From assembly GCA_963753595.1 (NCBI GenBank), contig CAVWCX010000007.1:1-64000 (forward strand): DNA of 64,000 nt, written 5' to 3'. This stretch comes from Candidatus Methanoperedenaceae archaeon (GTDB lineage Archaea; Halobacteriota; Methanosarcinia; Methanosarcinales; Methanoperedenaceae). Each line of letters begins with the position of its first letter. The first letter of the stretch is position 1. Positions 1-10,433 of the stretch are shown here, piece by piece. The notes beneath the pieces are model-generated. The model had not been told where the DNA came from. It was given only the letters and a program-made list of their open reading frames with translations, and made no database searches. The position numbers and the translations under genes are program-made.

Positions 1-1793
1 AATATGTAAATAAGACATATGCAATGACAAGCATCACTATAGAATGTTTCAATCCTGCCCGCGGATTTCCCTCACCCATCTGTCCAGCCACCAGTCCTAA
101 AAACAAGCCTTGCAGCAGTGAGGCATGATAAAAAAGTGTTTTTATATTTGCGAGACTGGAAGTCTTGAACACTGAGACCGCACCGCCTGTGGGCATTTTT
201 GCAAGGAAATACACCAGGAGGACCACGATTATAAATAAGAATACAAAAAATGAAAGATAGACGATCAGTACATATATAAACAGGCTAGCGAACCGTTCAT
301 CTTTCAATCGCTCTCCCAATATCTGCATCTTTGGCTGCAATTGAAAGAACGTTTCGAATATCGCTTGTAGGATTCGCTGGCTCTTACGATCAAAGTGATT
401 ACTCCTTGAAATTGCGCTCGATTCAATGCGTTTTTCAAATTTCTGTAACGCACTTGTGGTTATCGTCCCCCATTCGATAGCGCAGCTTACCTTTTTTATC
501 TCATAAGTAAGTAATCCCAGGTTTGATCGGCCGTATGCTCGATGGCCTGGGTGAGCGTCAATCCAGCCTCGTTCATGCCGGCAAGCCGTTTCAGGAAATC
601 AGGCATTCTGTCTTCAAATTTTCTTATCCTGTCGTGTTCGAAACTCAAAAAAAAAACAGTAAATGGGGTAATGACAAAAAAGAATAAGGCCCATTAAAAA
701 ATGGTTTTCTATGGAAATATAAGCCCTGGTATTGAAAAATAGATATATTATAGAAATGGGTACTGTTATGAAGAATGTTCTGCCGGGTTTTTCCATGAAC
801 ATTTTCAGGGGATTAAACAGGAAAGACTTTATTTTAGATAGTTTTTCGTAATGTTCCAGTTTCTTCATATCCCAGGATTCACGGGACTGTTGCGCCTTTA
901 ATTGTGGAACATCTTTAAAAACCTCCGGGCTTTTGACTCTGGTATAAATGACAGGCATTTCTTCTCGAATGCCAGAAATAGTGTCTATAAGAACAATAAA
1001 GAGCAGGGTGCCAACAGGAATCACGACATATATTATTAATGACAATAAGAATTCTACTCCGCCTTTTAGTAATCCCAGAACAACTATTATTACAATAAGA
1101 AATAATGGTCCTGCGACCAGTGCGCTGACATAGACCTCCCCAAAAAGGCCCAGCGTCTCAAGGAAAAACCTTTGGTCCTGGGCAGCAGTTCTCCTGATAA
1201 AATTCAGACCTGTTTTTAAAAAACAGACTCAAGTCTCCGCCGCTGTTTATTACAGAGATGAGATTATCGATAAAATCCTTAAACTTCCTCGAAGGTGTCC
1301 TCATGCTTGCATTATGAAGAGCTGTTACTATGTCCATCCCGAAATATTCCATATCCCGGACGATCAGGGCAATTTCTTCTGCAGTGCCGCCATAGATATG
1401 GATATATGAACCCAGGGACTTGAACATATCAATTATATTCATCCCGCCCCTGCTCAGCGCATAAAGGTAAGTTACAGCATGAGGCATGGAACGGTCTATA
1501 AGATACGACCGGTTTTTCGCTTTAAATGCCGGATAAGAGATCAATAACAGATATGTAGCATATCCCCCGATCATTGCCCAAATTGCAGTGATCAGGAATA
1601 TTGTGAAGCTGTTTTGTGTTAGATACGGTGCTATAATAAATCCAAAAACAAGAGATATCAAGGCTGCAATGAGTCCGTACAATAAAGAACTGCACACATA
1701 ACTATGCACATTTCTAGCTATATGCGCCTTCCTTATACTTCCCCTTAGCTCATCATAAGTTCTACGATATACAAATTTTCCAAACAGGATCAT
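1..1793 (-). pseudogene. Type II secretion system F family / archaeal type IV pilus platform protein (PilC/TadBC-like, two F domains); frameshifted and running off the window start
   Basis: Fragments 1158..1793 (IDRSMPHAVTYLYALSRGG...TPSRKFKDF), 614..~1160 and a further broken stretch (EDRMPDFLKRLAGMNEAG at ~560-613). Breaks lie at homopolymers, so the gene may be intact in vivo. Confidence 0.8.
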
Positions 1794-1809
1794 CCGGTCT
1801 CTGAATTTA

Positions 1810-3415
1810 TCATGATTTTACAAACTCTTTTAATCGGTCATTTTTCATGTTTGTTATGACCTCTTTCGGATCGATATAGTATGCTCGGATGATATTTGCG
1901 AAACTCTTGTAATCACGGATATTGTTTTTTACCATATACTGAAGTATTGCTTTTCTATTGTCGATCTCATCAAGTAACTGATCCATTCCCCAGCCCTTCA
2001 CTCATGATATTGATCATTACATAGGATTCGCCGCCCTTTTCAAAACTGTCATCCAGCGGATTCCATTTGAACATATCGTTGATCCTGATATTACCTGTGC
2101 GCGGATCAAGACCTGTGATCTCTACTATTTGCTTGCATCTCCTGCTTTTTTTCCCTTTTACTATAATTTGTATCTGGACTGTAATTATATCAAGCGCCTT
2201 TAACATGGCGTGGGGAACGTTTATTGGTTCATTTTCCAGCCTGTTTATTACGTCCTGGACGTCCTGCATGTATCGTGGAATATGTAGTGTGCCCCGTACT
2301 CATGGCCTGGAACAGGGTTCGCGCTTCGCTACCCCTCACTTCGCCCACGATTATATATTCCGGTCTCTGGCGCAATGCTGCTTTTAGCAGGTCGAACATA
2401 TCAATTTCACTTTCACCTTTTGCAAAGGGTTCCCTGGTTACTCCTGCTATCCAGTTCTCATGGTACAAAGTGAGTTCTCGTGTATCTTCTATAGTCACAA
2501 CCTTAGACACTGGTGGAATGAATAATGATATGGAATTCAGTGTCGATGTCTTGCCAGAAGCTGTTCCGCCCGCTATCAGGAGGCTCTTATTATTTTCTAC
2601 TGCTATCCATAGATAAGCCATCTGTTCTATGGATAATGTGTTGAAATTTATGAGGTCAATAGGAGTGAAGGATCTTCTTTGAACCTTCTTATTGTGAAAG
2701 AACTTCCTCGTGTGGTTATGTCACGCCCGAGCGTAGCCTGAAGACGCGACCCATCTGGCAATGTAGCGTTAACGAGCGGTGAACCCAGCGAGATATGTTT
2801 GCGTCCCTTCTGGCATAATTTAATAACAAAAGAATTAAGCTCAATTTCATCAAATTGAATATTCGTCTTTATGTTCCCGTATTTCCTATGATACAAGAAA
2901 ACCGGTATACCAACACCGTCGCAGGAGATATCCTCGATCAGAGGATCATTCAAGAGTGAATTGATCTTCTCGTATCCCAGGAAATTCCGGTTCAAATAGT
3001 ATACAATTTTATATACTGTCTGTTCTTTCAACGATTTAGAATATTGGTAAAGTAGTTCTATAGCATGTTCTTCTAATTTATCTTTTTTTTGCTTGTATTC
3101 ATAAAGCGCCTCTTCTTCGGTCAGTATATCCTGGAGATCAATATTAATTTTCTCAAGAAGCATTCTTTCAAAAGATGACAGCACAGGCTCTCCAATGTAA
3201 TATAGTGTTTCTTTGGTCCGGATTTTATTTAGAATATATACAAATACATACGGTTCATTTATCCAGTACTGTTCAACTTTACTGAAGCTCTCTGGAATAT
3301 CAAATAAAACAATGTCGCCGTGTTTTGAACGTTCATACGGGGCTATTTCCTGCTTGCCCTTCTTACGGAAACCTAAAGCGTTCCTTATACGATTCATCAT
3401 TTTACCCCCGATCAT
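1810..3415 (-). pseudogene. Type II/IV secretion (PilB/FlaI/VirB11-like) ATPase, split by three frameshifts
   Basis: Consecutive fragments contain IEDISCDG, ATLPDGSRLQ, Walker A GGTASGKTS, ALRQRPEYIIVGEVRG and TGH..STIHA. Single indels at ~2670, ~2262 and ~1997 restore the frame. Confidence 0.88.
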
Positions 3416-3487
3416 TTTTGATTATGTAATCACTATAAATTTAAATATGTTTATATATGTTTAGTTACTTATATCTTTTTTGGAATT

Positions 3488-4342
3488 ATGGAACAACACA
3501 GGATAGCCACTGGTATCAGATCATTAGATCCCATAATTAAAGGAGGATTTCCCTCAGGTTCGTTCATAGTCCTGCTTGGGGAGATAGGGGCTGGCAATAT
3601 TGAATTCGCCTACACTTCCATGATAATGAGTCCCCTTGAACAAAAAAAGCAAACTGAAGACACTTCTGCAATGCAAGCCGGTGCTAATTACAGATACTCA
3701 AATAAGGTATGTTATGTTTCAATAACACGATCAAAAGAAGATATAATGAACGAAATTGCATTTGGTTTTTCCAGGGAGTATAGTACAGCGCTCAAAGATG
3801 TGATAAATTTCCAGGATTTTTCGAAGCAATTTTTTTCAAAATCGTCTGTTCCTTCAAGATGGATATCAGAAAAAATATCCTTTGAGAAACTAAGTGAACC
3901 TGTGCCAGACGCAAATCTCCTGGTGGATCTTGTAAGTTTTCTTGAGAAGAACGCATCGGATAGTATGGTTATTATCGATTCTTTGACTTCTCTTGCCCAG
4001 TATTGTGAAGAATTCATGAAATGGAATGAACTTTTGTTCTTCCTCAGGGCACTGCAAAAGGCTTCGAAACATTGGAATGGGGTTGTGTATGCCATATTGA
4101 GCAAGAATGTTTTCGACAGGCGAAAAGAAGAATCTATTATAGAATGTGCCGATGGGGTGCTTGTATTTGATTGGGTGGAAACGGGCGTTGCACAGAGACA
4201 ACAAATAATGTATATTAAAAAGTTTGGTGGACTTCTTCCAACCCTGGAGAAAGATAATATTGCAAACTTCGAGATAAAAATAATGCCTGCTACAGGTTTT
4301 CAGGTGACTAATATAAAGCAGATCGTATCTTTTGGCAGGTAA
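3488..4342 (+). CDS. KaiC/RAD55-family RecA-fold protein with degenerate Walker A
   Basis: N-terminus IATGIRSLDPIIKGGFPSGS; P-loop GEIGAGNI lacks the Lys; Walker B-like VIIDSLT; ADGVLVF. Confidence 0.82.
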   Translation: MEQHRIATGIRSLDPIIKGGFPSGSFIVLLGEIGAGNIEFAYTSMIMSPLEQKKQTEDTSAMQAGANYRYSNKVCYVSITRSKEDIMNEIAFGFSREYSTALKDVINFQDFSKQFFSKSSVPSRWISEKISFEKLSEPVPDANLLVDLVSFLEKNASDSMVIIDSLTSLAQYCEEFMKWNELLFFLRALQKASKHWNGVVYAILSKNVFDRRKEESIIECADGVLVFDWVETGVAQRQQIMYIKKFGGLLPTLEKDNIANFEIKIMPATGFQVTNIKQIVSFGR

Positions 4343-4343
4343 C

Positions 4344-5045
4344 ATGGAAAGGATTGAAACTGGTATTGCAGATCTTGATGAAATGTTAAATGGAGGAATC
4401 CCACAGGGTTGTGTTACTACCATCATAGGGGGATTCGGTACTGGAAAATCCACACTTGCCCTGAAATTTATTCATTCTGGCCTGGTCAAGGGTGAAAGAT
4501 GTCTTTATATAAGTATCGACCAAAAAGAAGAACTTATCAAAAGTTCAGCTTTATTCGGATGGGATTTTGAGCCATATATCAAAAGTTGTGCATTTAAATT
4601 AATGCGGTTGAGCCCTACTACTATTAAGACCACTGTTGCAAAAATCGAAAGCGAATTGCCGGAACTTATAAAAACATTTGCTCCGAAGAGGCTCGTTATT
4701 GATCCTATTACTTTGTATGAAATGATTTTTGAAAATGAAGGGGAAAGGAGAGAACAATTGTTTAAACTTGTTGAGATGATAAGAGACAGTGGAACTACGT
4801 CTTTAATTGTATCCGAATCAAGCAAGGAGTCACCATACCTGTCACGATTCGGGTTGATAGAATATATAGCAGACGGGGTAATAACACTAAGGAATATTCG
4901 CGGAACTGATATGAAATCAGTTGCCCGGATGATAGAAATATCAAAAATGCGGATGACGGAACATTCGGATGCCATCAAACCTTATAAGATCACAAAAGAT
5001 GGAATTGTTGTTCATATGGGAGCACAGCTTTTCGGTGAATTCTAA
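4344..5045 (+). CDS. KaiC/RAD55-family single-domain ATPase
   Basis: ETGIADLDEMLNGGIP, Walker A GGFGTGKS, LVIDPIT, C-terminal KMR motif. ATG at 4344 directly follows the upstream stop. Confidence 0.9.
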   Translation: MERIETGIADLDEMLNGGIPQGCVTTIIGGFGTGKSTLALKFIHSGLVKGERCLYISIDQKEELIKSSALFGWDFEPYIKSCAFKLMRLSPTTIKTTVAKIESELPELIKTFAPKRLVIDPITLYEMIFENEGERREQLFKLVEMIRDSGTTSLIVSESSKESPYLSRFGLIEYIADGVITLRNIRGTDMKSVARMIEISKMRMTEHSDAIKPYKITKDGIVVHMGAQLFGEF

Positions 5046-5086
5046 TAAAAATACCTGAATAAACCATAATACTTTTTCTATCGTAA

Positions 5087-5563
5087 CTACTTTATATTGA
5101 ACTTTACCCCGATCTTGAACAATCTTTTTGTAGGCAAATTCCTGAGCTCACATCCGGTTTTCTCGTTAAGTTCATCCAGGATTTCATTTAACTTATCTTC
5201 GCTTTGCGCTGAAACTGTGAACCAGACATTAAAATTAGCGGGCCGCAGATAGTTATGCGACACTTCATCGTATTCATTGATAATACCGGCGACTTCATCC
5301 ACTCTCTCAGGGGGCACCTTCATAGCAACAAGCGTGCCCATGCCCCCTGTCTTTTTTGTGCTTATTATAGGACCTATGCGCCTTATAGCGCCTTCTTTCT
5401 GGAGCCGCTGGATTCGCCTTATTACATCATCCTCTTCCAATCCCAGGTTTTCCCCCAACTCTTTGAAGGGTTTATTCACAAGGGGAAAATCTATCTGGAT
5501 CGCGTTCAATATTTTTTTATCAACATCATCCAGTGAAATTTTAGATTGAGCCAAAAAAATCAC
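5087..5563 (-). CDS. ahbA: Siroheme decarboxylase subunit alpha (NirD/AsnC-like)
   Basis: DKKILNAIQIDFPL..PF, IRRIGP, VSHNYLR, FNVWFT, LFKIGVKF; adjacent to ahbD. Confidence 0.88.
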   Translation of the reverse strand: MIFLAQSKISLDDVDKKILNAIQIDFPLVNKPFKELGENLGLEEDDVIRRIQRLQKEGAIRRIGPIISTKKTGGMGTLVAMKVPPERVDEVAGIINEYDEVSHNYLRPANFNVWFTVSAQSEDKLNEILDELNEKTGCELRNLPTKRLFKIGVKFNIK

Positions 5564-6624
5564 TTTCCTCCTGGCTTATATACACAATACGGCTCTTCTT
5601 CCAGATAATCTCCCGTACCTGCATATGCCCTGGCGCGGCAGCCGCTGCATACATTCTTATACTCACAAAGACCGCATTTGCCTTTGAGCAGTCCCGGGTC
5701 TCGAAGTTCACAGAAAACCGTTGATTTTTCCCATATCATCTTAAAAGGTTTTTGCTTGATATTCCCGGCCAGGGCAGGGAGATATCCGCATGGATAGACA
5801 TCACCTTTACTTGAAACAAAACAAAAAGCTGACCCGCCAAGACATCCTTTGGTCATGGCTTCAAGACCGTGTGTCTCAGGTGTGATCCGTATCCCTTCGG
5901 CCTTTGCACGCTGCCGCATTATCCTGAAATAGTGTGGGGCGCATGTAGCTTTTAACTGCATCCTTTTATCCTTGCTCCTGTCATAGAACCAGTTGAGCAC
6001 CCGTTCATATTCAGCAGGCGGGATCTCTTCGGATTCTATTTCCTCGCCCCTTCCAGTCGGGACAAGAAGGAAAATATGAAGGGCTGATGCTTTGAGTTCA
6101 ATTGCAAGATCATATATTTGCGGGATCTCTTTAAGATTTCTCTGTGTGATCGTGGTATTTATCTGGAAACCCAAACCTTCTTTTTTCAGGATTTCAATTG
6201 CACGAAGTGAAGCTTCAAATGCACCGGGCTCTCCCCTGAAAACATCATGCATTTCCTTTGTTGCCCCGTCAATGCTAATGCTTACCCGCTGGATTCCCGC
6301 ATCTATCAATTTCCTGGCAATTCCAGGTGTAAGAAGCGTACCATTTGTCGCAAGCACCGCACGCATTCCCTTTCCTTTTATGTATTGTGCGATCTCATAT
6401 ATATCAGCGCGAAGCAGTGGCTCTCCTCCGGTGAGGATTATTATCGGCTTGTACTCGACCAGTTCATCCACAAAATGTTTTGCCTCGGCTGTAGTTAATT
6501 CTCCGGGCTGCGGCTCTTTAATTGCGGATGCCCTGCAGTGTATGCAGGCAAGGTTGCAGGCATTGGTCAGCTCCCATGCGATGAGTCTTGGGGGTTTAAC
6601 TTTTTGTTCTATCAATAGAATCAC
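5560..6624 (-). CDS. ahbD: Heme b synthase (Fe-coproporphyrin III decarboxylase), radical SAM/SPASM
   Basis: LIAWELTNACNLACIHCRASA, KATCAPHYFRI, KGCLGG and SPASM cysteines CGLC..VCSGCRARA. Confidence 0.9.
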   Translation of the reverse strand: MILLIEQKVKPPRLIAWELTNACNLACIHCRASAIKEPQPGELTTAEAKHFVDELVEYKPIIILTGGEPLLRADIYEIAQYIKGKGMRAVLATNGTLLTPGIARKLIDAGIQRVSISIDGATKEMHDVFRGEPGAFEASLRAIEILKKEGLGFQINTTITQRNLKEIPQIYDLAIELKASALHIFLLVPTGRGEEIESEEIPPAEYERVLNWFYDRSKDKRMQLKATCAPHYFRIMRQRAKAEGIRITPETHGLEAMTKGCLGGSAFCFVSSKGDVYPCGYLPALAGNIKQKPFKMIWEKSTVFCELRDPGLLKGKCGLCEYKNVCSGCRARAYAGTGDYLEEEPYCVYKPGGK

Positions 6625-6687
6625 GTATTATCGCATTATCCTTTATTACCTTAATCTTTATGTAATAAGCGAAGAAATAATACTGTT

Positions 6688-6819
6688 ATGAATTGGAATT
6701 ATCTAAATACAGCTTTTGGAATAGTATGGGTCGTATTCATTGTTTATATTTTGAACCTGATCTGGCAGCGAAGGGCTCTTGTAAGCGAACTTAAAATGCT
6801 TGAAAGTTTAAAAGAATAA
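6688..6819 (+). CDS. Small single-TM protein, CcmD-like (43 aa; absent from ORF track)
   Basis: Hand translation MNWNYLNTAFGIVWVVFIVYILNLIWQRRALVSELKMLESLKE: YL..AF..W hydrophobic segment followed by basic RR, as in CcmD. Divergent from ahbD. Confidence 0.62.
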   Translation: MNWNYLNTAFGIVWVVFIVYILNLIWQRRALVSELKMLESLKE

Positions 6820-6853
6820 AATGTTAGATGATATGTTAGATGTATAAATTGAC

Positions 6854-7246
6854 ATGGGCATTGAAAATATCCTTGATTATAAAACCATAGCAGTCGTGGG
6901 GATATCCGATGATCCAGCGCGTCCGAGCAATTTTGTCGCACGTTTTCTCAAGGAGCATGGCTACAAAATAATTCCGGTAAATCCCAAACTTTCGGAATGG
7001 GAAGGGGAAAAATGTTATCCTGACCTTCTGTCAATACCTGTAAAAGTGGATATTGTTGATATTTTCAGGCGCTCTGAAGCCATTCCTCCCATCGTGGATG
7101 AAGCGATCTCTATAAAAGCAAAAGCAGTCTGGATGCAGGAAGGTATCATTAACGAAGAGGCTGCTGCAAAAGCACGAAAAGCGGGGATCGAAGTTGTTAT
7201 GGATAAGTGCATGAAAAAGGAATTTGTTAAATTCAAAAGCAGATGA
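6854..7246 (+). CDS. CoA-binding protein (YccU family)
   Basis: TIAVVGISDDPARPS, IIPVNP, VDIVDIFR, VWMQEG, VVMDKC. Confidence 0.9.
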   Translation: MGIENILDYKTIAVVGISDDPARPSNFVARFLKEHGYKIIPVNPKLSEWEGEKCYPDLLSIPVKVDIVDIFRRSEAIPPIVDEAISIKAKAVWMQEGIINEEAAAKARKAGIEVVMDKCMKKEFVKFKSR

Positions 7247-7250
7247 ATTT

Positions 7251-7685
7251 ATGGACTTCTTTATGAAAACTGCAATTGAAGAAGCAAAAATCGGGCTCCA
7301 TGAAGGCGGTATTCCAATAGGTTCAGTTCTTGTAAAAAACGGCAAAATCGTGGGTAGAGGACATAACAGGCGCGTCCAGGAAAATGATCCTGTCATGCAT
7401 GCCGAAATAGATTGCCTGCGCAAAACCGGAAGAATTGGAAATTACGCCGGAACGATACTATATTCCACATTGATGCCATGCTATCTTTGCGCTGGTGCAA
7501 TTGTCCAGTTCGGAATAAAGAAAGTTTTCGCTGGTGAATCAAGAACATTTGAAGGTGCAATGGAATTCATGCAGTCGCATGGGGTTGAGGTAATAGATCT
7601 TGACATTGAAGAATGCATGCAAATGATGACTGAATTCATTAAAAAGAACCCGCGTATATGGTATGAGGATATTGGAAAACTTTGA
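7251..7685 (+). CDS. Cytosine/nucleoside deaminase (Zn-dependent CDA fold)
   Basis: EGGIPIGSVL, GHNRRVQ, HAE and PCYLC zinc motifs. Confidence 0.88.
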   Translation: MDFFMKTAIEEAKIGLHEGGIPIGSVLVKNGKIVGRGHNRRVQENDPVMHAEIDCLRKTGRIGNYAGTILYSTLMPCYLCAGAIVQFGIKKVFAGESRTFEGAMEFMQSHGVEVIDLDIEECMQMMTEFIKKNPRIWYEDIGKL

Positions 7686-7692
7686 AACTTTT

Positions 7693-8040
7693 CTAAAGAA
7701 GTTTTAAATTACCTGTTATCTTATCAAGTTCCCCTATCTCAGCAGGCCCAATTCCAAGCACAGTAGTCGTTCCTGGAGGCACTTCGGTCAATCCTGCATC
7801 AGTGATGAGTACGGCGGGAAGACCATGCCTTCTTGCAAGCTCTCTTAATTCAAAAAGTTCCTTTAGATTCGCAACTCTTAAGACCACTTTCTTCTGTCCT
7901 CCTTCTTTCCACGCATCACGGACTTTTTCGCTTGTAAATTCGTAAGTGGAAATGGCTGCATGGGCGACCTGGACAGCAAGTTTGCCTTTTGATAATTTCA
8001 GGTCATCGCGCACAATTATGCATTGTTTATAATCCGCCAT
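7693..8040 (-). CDS. pth2: Peptidyl-tRNA hydrolase 2
   Basis: KQCIIVRDDLKLSKGKLAVQVAHAA, GQKKVVL, DAGLTEVPPGT, IGP. Confidence 0.95.
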   Translation of the reverse strand: MADYKQCIIVRDDLKLSKGKLAVQVAHAAISTYEFTSEKVRDAWKEGGQKKVVLRVANLKELFELRELARRHGLPAVLITDAGLTEVPPGTTTVLGIGPAEIGELDKITGNLKLL

Positions 8041-8077
8041 AAGAACACCATATTATTAATTGAAAAAGAACACCACG

Positions 8078-8407
8078 TCACTGGATCATCATGCCTTTTT
8101 CATCAAATTTCAATACATCTTTCCGGTCTGCCCATTCTTTTCCGAGCCTGAGGGAATCTTCCATGTTGAAATCCCCAACTCTTATATTTTCAGCATTTTT
8201 TATGATCGCGTCAAAAGGGATTGACATGATTATTTCGGATTTTTTGATTATGATCCTTCTTCCATCAATCGCTATGCTTTCCCCGATATCGATATAGTCC
8301 TGTTTTACAAATTTACCTATATAATTATGAATGTTTAATTGTGCGTCTTCTTCTAAATTCAGGGGGTTTTTCTTGAAAAAACCAGTGATCTTGGCAATAA
8401 TAGACAT
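8078..8407 (-). CDS. Conserved Methanosarcinales hypothetical protein (small beta-barrel)
   Basis: 109-aa ORF with IGESI...IIIK..SIP pattern; no function assigned. Confidence 0.6.
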   Translation of the reverse strand: MSIIAKITGFFKKNPLNLEEDAQLNIHNYIGKFVKQDYIDIGESIAIDGRRIIIKKSEIIMSIPFDAIIKNAENIRVGDFNMEDSLRLGKEWADRKDVLKFDEKGMMIQ

Positions 8408-8491
8408 TTACACCTTTTATTGTTTATTCTTGAATAAATACTATTGGAACAATAATTGATATAAATCCCGTTTTAGAAATTATTTTAAAAA

Positions 8492-8767
8492 TTATTTAAC
8501 GAAAAGTCCGCATTTGCAAGAACCTCTTTTTTGTATATCAAGAGTCCTGTGGATACATGGACAGATAAGATCCCTATCTTTTTTCTTATCTCCTGTAACC
8601 ATCCGGCAGCCGCAATATTGTATCCCGTATTCCCTCTTATTCTGGGAAAGCCCTTTTATTGCCTGGACAACGATATCATAATCAGGATTCAATTTCAGAC
8701 CGTTATCTTTCGCATACCCTTTTGCCCATTCGTATATTCCACTTTCTATATCATCCATTTTAATCAC
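8492..8767 (-). CDS. Ferredoxin:thioredoxin reductase catalytic-subunit-like protein
   Basis: LNPD...GL..NK..YG..YCGCR, ICPC, SCKCGLF: three CxC motifs. Confidence 0.85.
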   Translation of the reverse strand: MIKMDDIESGIYEWAKGYAKDNGLKLNPDYDIVVQAIKGLSQNKREYGIQYCGCRMVTGDKKKDRDLICPCIHRTLDIQKRGSCKCGLFVK

Positions 8768-9191
8768 TTTTAATTATTTTTGCAATGTTTTTTCCAAACT
8801 CCCTGCATTTTATAAGTCCTGCCTCATCGGGTTTTTCATGAATAAGAAGCCCATCGATCGTTTTCATGCCAAAGCCTTTGAGCCTGTTCGTTATGAGGTC
8901 CACGACTTCAGGAGACCAGCCATATGAACAAAAAGCTGCTCCTGCTTTTCCTTTCAGGTCAACATTTTTTGCCTGGTCAATAAAAACCTCAAGAGCTGGC
9001 ATAATTTCATGATGATAAGTTCCCGAACCTAGTACCAGCCCATCAATTCCCAAGATATCTTCTATTTTTGCCTCATGGACATGAGTAATCTTAACGTCCA
9101 AACCTTCTGATTTTAAACCCTGGGCGATCGCTTTTGCCATTATCTCGGTATTGTGCGTTGCAGAATCGTATATTATTGCCACTTTTGTCAT
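8760..9191 (-). CDS. Flavodoxin (short chain)
   Basis: IYDSATHNTEIMAKAI, LGSGTY, AFCSYGWS. Confidence 0.88.
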   Translation of the reverse strand: MTKVAIIYDSATHNTEIMAKAIAQGLKSEGLDVKITHVHEAKIEDILGIDGLVLGSGTYHHEIMPALEVFIDQAKNVDLKGKAGAAFCSYGWSPEVVDLITNRLKGFGMKTIDGLLIHEKPDEAGLIKCREFGKNIAKIIKSD

Positions 9192-9326
9192 ATTTTACCC
9201 CAATTTGTCTTAAGTGGTTCTTTAATCTTTATTACCAATAAGATTATCGCACACTAAATCCATATTCGGCCTCCATATGCAAAGTTAGAATTTTGATTAG
9301 AATGAAAAAACGATATTGGTGAGAAT

Positions 9327-10433
9327 TTGGCTAAACATTTTCAATCAGTATATGAAACATCTGATAAAAACAAGCTTGAAGAATTGCTGTTGGAACAAGA
9401 AGAGAAATCCAGTTTATCTGAGAAATATCTGAGGACGATAATCGAATCATCTTTGTATGGAATAACTGTTGTGGATGAAAATGGCAAATTTGAGTTCGGA
9501 AACGATTCTTTTTTTAGAACGATCGGTTGGCGCAAGGAAGAAATTATTGGCCAATATTTCATGAAAATAATCCCTTATGACGCAAGAGAATTTGTACTGG
9601 GGCATTGGCAAGGCGTTCAAACCGATAAGGGAGGATTTCATGAGATCAAAATCAAAACGAGATATGGTGGAATAAAATATCTGAATGTATCAAGCTCTTT
9701 CGTAGAGATCAAAGGGAAGAACAAAGTTATTGCCATTGTTCATGATATCTCCGAAAATAAAGAACAGGAGATAAAGCTTAGAGAATCAGAGGAAAAATAT
9801 CGTGACCTCTTTGAAAACGCCCAGGATGCCATGTATGTAGTCGATGATGAAGGTAATTTTTTGAAAATGAACAAGGTTGGACTTCAAACACTCGGATGTG
9901 TTATAGAAGAAGTAATTGGTACAAATATTTCTAAATGGATCACACAGGAAAGTATAAAAATCATTAGTGAGCGCCGGAAAAAACGTCAATCTGGAGAAAA
10001 GATGGATCAAGTAGATATCCTCGAGATCGTATGTAAGAATGGCGATCATAGATGGGTTGAAATAAAAACCAGGGAAATCAAAGAAGGTAAGAGAACAATT
10101 GAAATTCATGGTATAGCCAGGGATATTACTGAAAATAGATTATTAAAACAAGAACTCAAGAAATCCAATAAACAACAGAAGCTTCTTTGCTATCTAATTC
10201 AGGGTACGCGTGGAGGAAAGACCAGAGCATTGATCTTGAAGCATCTTAATGACAGATCTTATAATGCGCATCAATTATCAACAGTTATGAATATGGATTA
10301 TAAAACTATCAGACACCATCTTGGGGTTTTAATAAAGAATGGAATAGTAGAAAAAGGTAATGATGGATACTCTGATTTATATTTCATTTCAAAAAATATG
10401 GAAGAAGATTTAAACACGTTTAATGAGGTTTGA
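9327..10433 (+). CDS. PAS-PAS-winged-helix (ArsR-like) one-component transcription regulator
   Basis: Two PAS/PAC repeats ending VHDISE and ARDITE; C-terminal GTRGGKTRALIL...NAHQL..MDYKTIRHHL HTH; TTG start. Confidence 0.85.
   Translation: MAKHFQSVYETSDKNKLEELLLEQEEKSSLSEKYLRTIIESSLYGITVVDENGKFEFGNDSFFRTIGWRKEEIIGQYFMKIIPYDAREFVLGHWQGVQTDKGGFHEIKIKTRYGGIKYLNVSSSFVEIKGKNKVIAIVHDISENKEQEIKLRESEEKYRDLFENAQDAMYVVDDEGNFLKMNKVGLQTLGCVIEEVIGTNISKWITQESIKIISERRKKRQSGEKMDQVDILEIVCKNGDHRWVEIKTREIKEGKRTIEIHGIARDITENRLLKQELKKSNKQQKLLCYLIQGTRGGKTRALILKHLNDRSYNAHQLSTVMNMDYKTIRHHLGVLIKNGIVEKGNDGYSDLYFISKNMEEDLNTFNEV

Noticed and set aside
5087-5563. Lrp/AsnC transcription factor
   Set aside because: The SHNYLR motif and linkage to ahbD identify a siroheme decarboxylase subunit.
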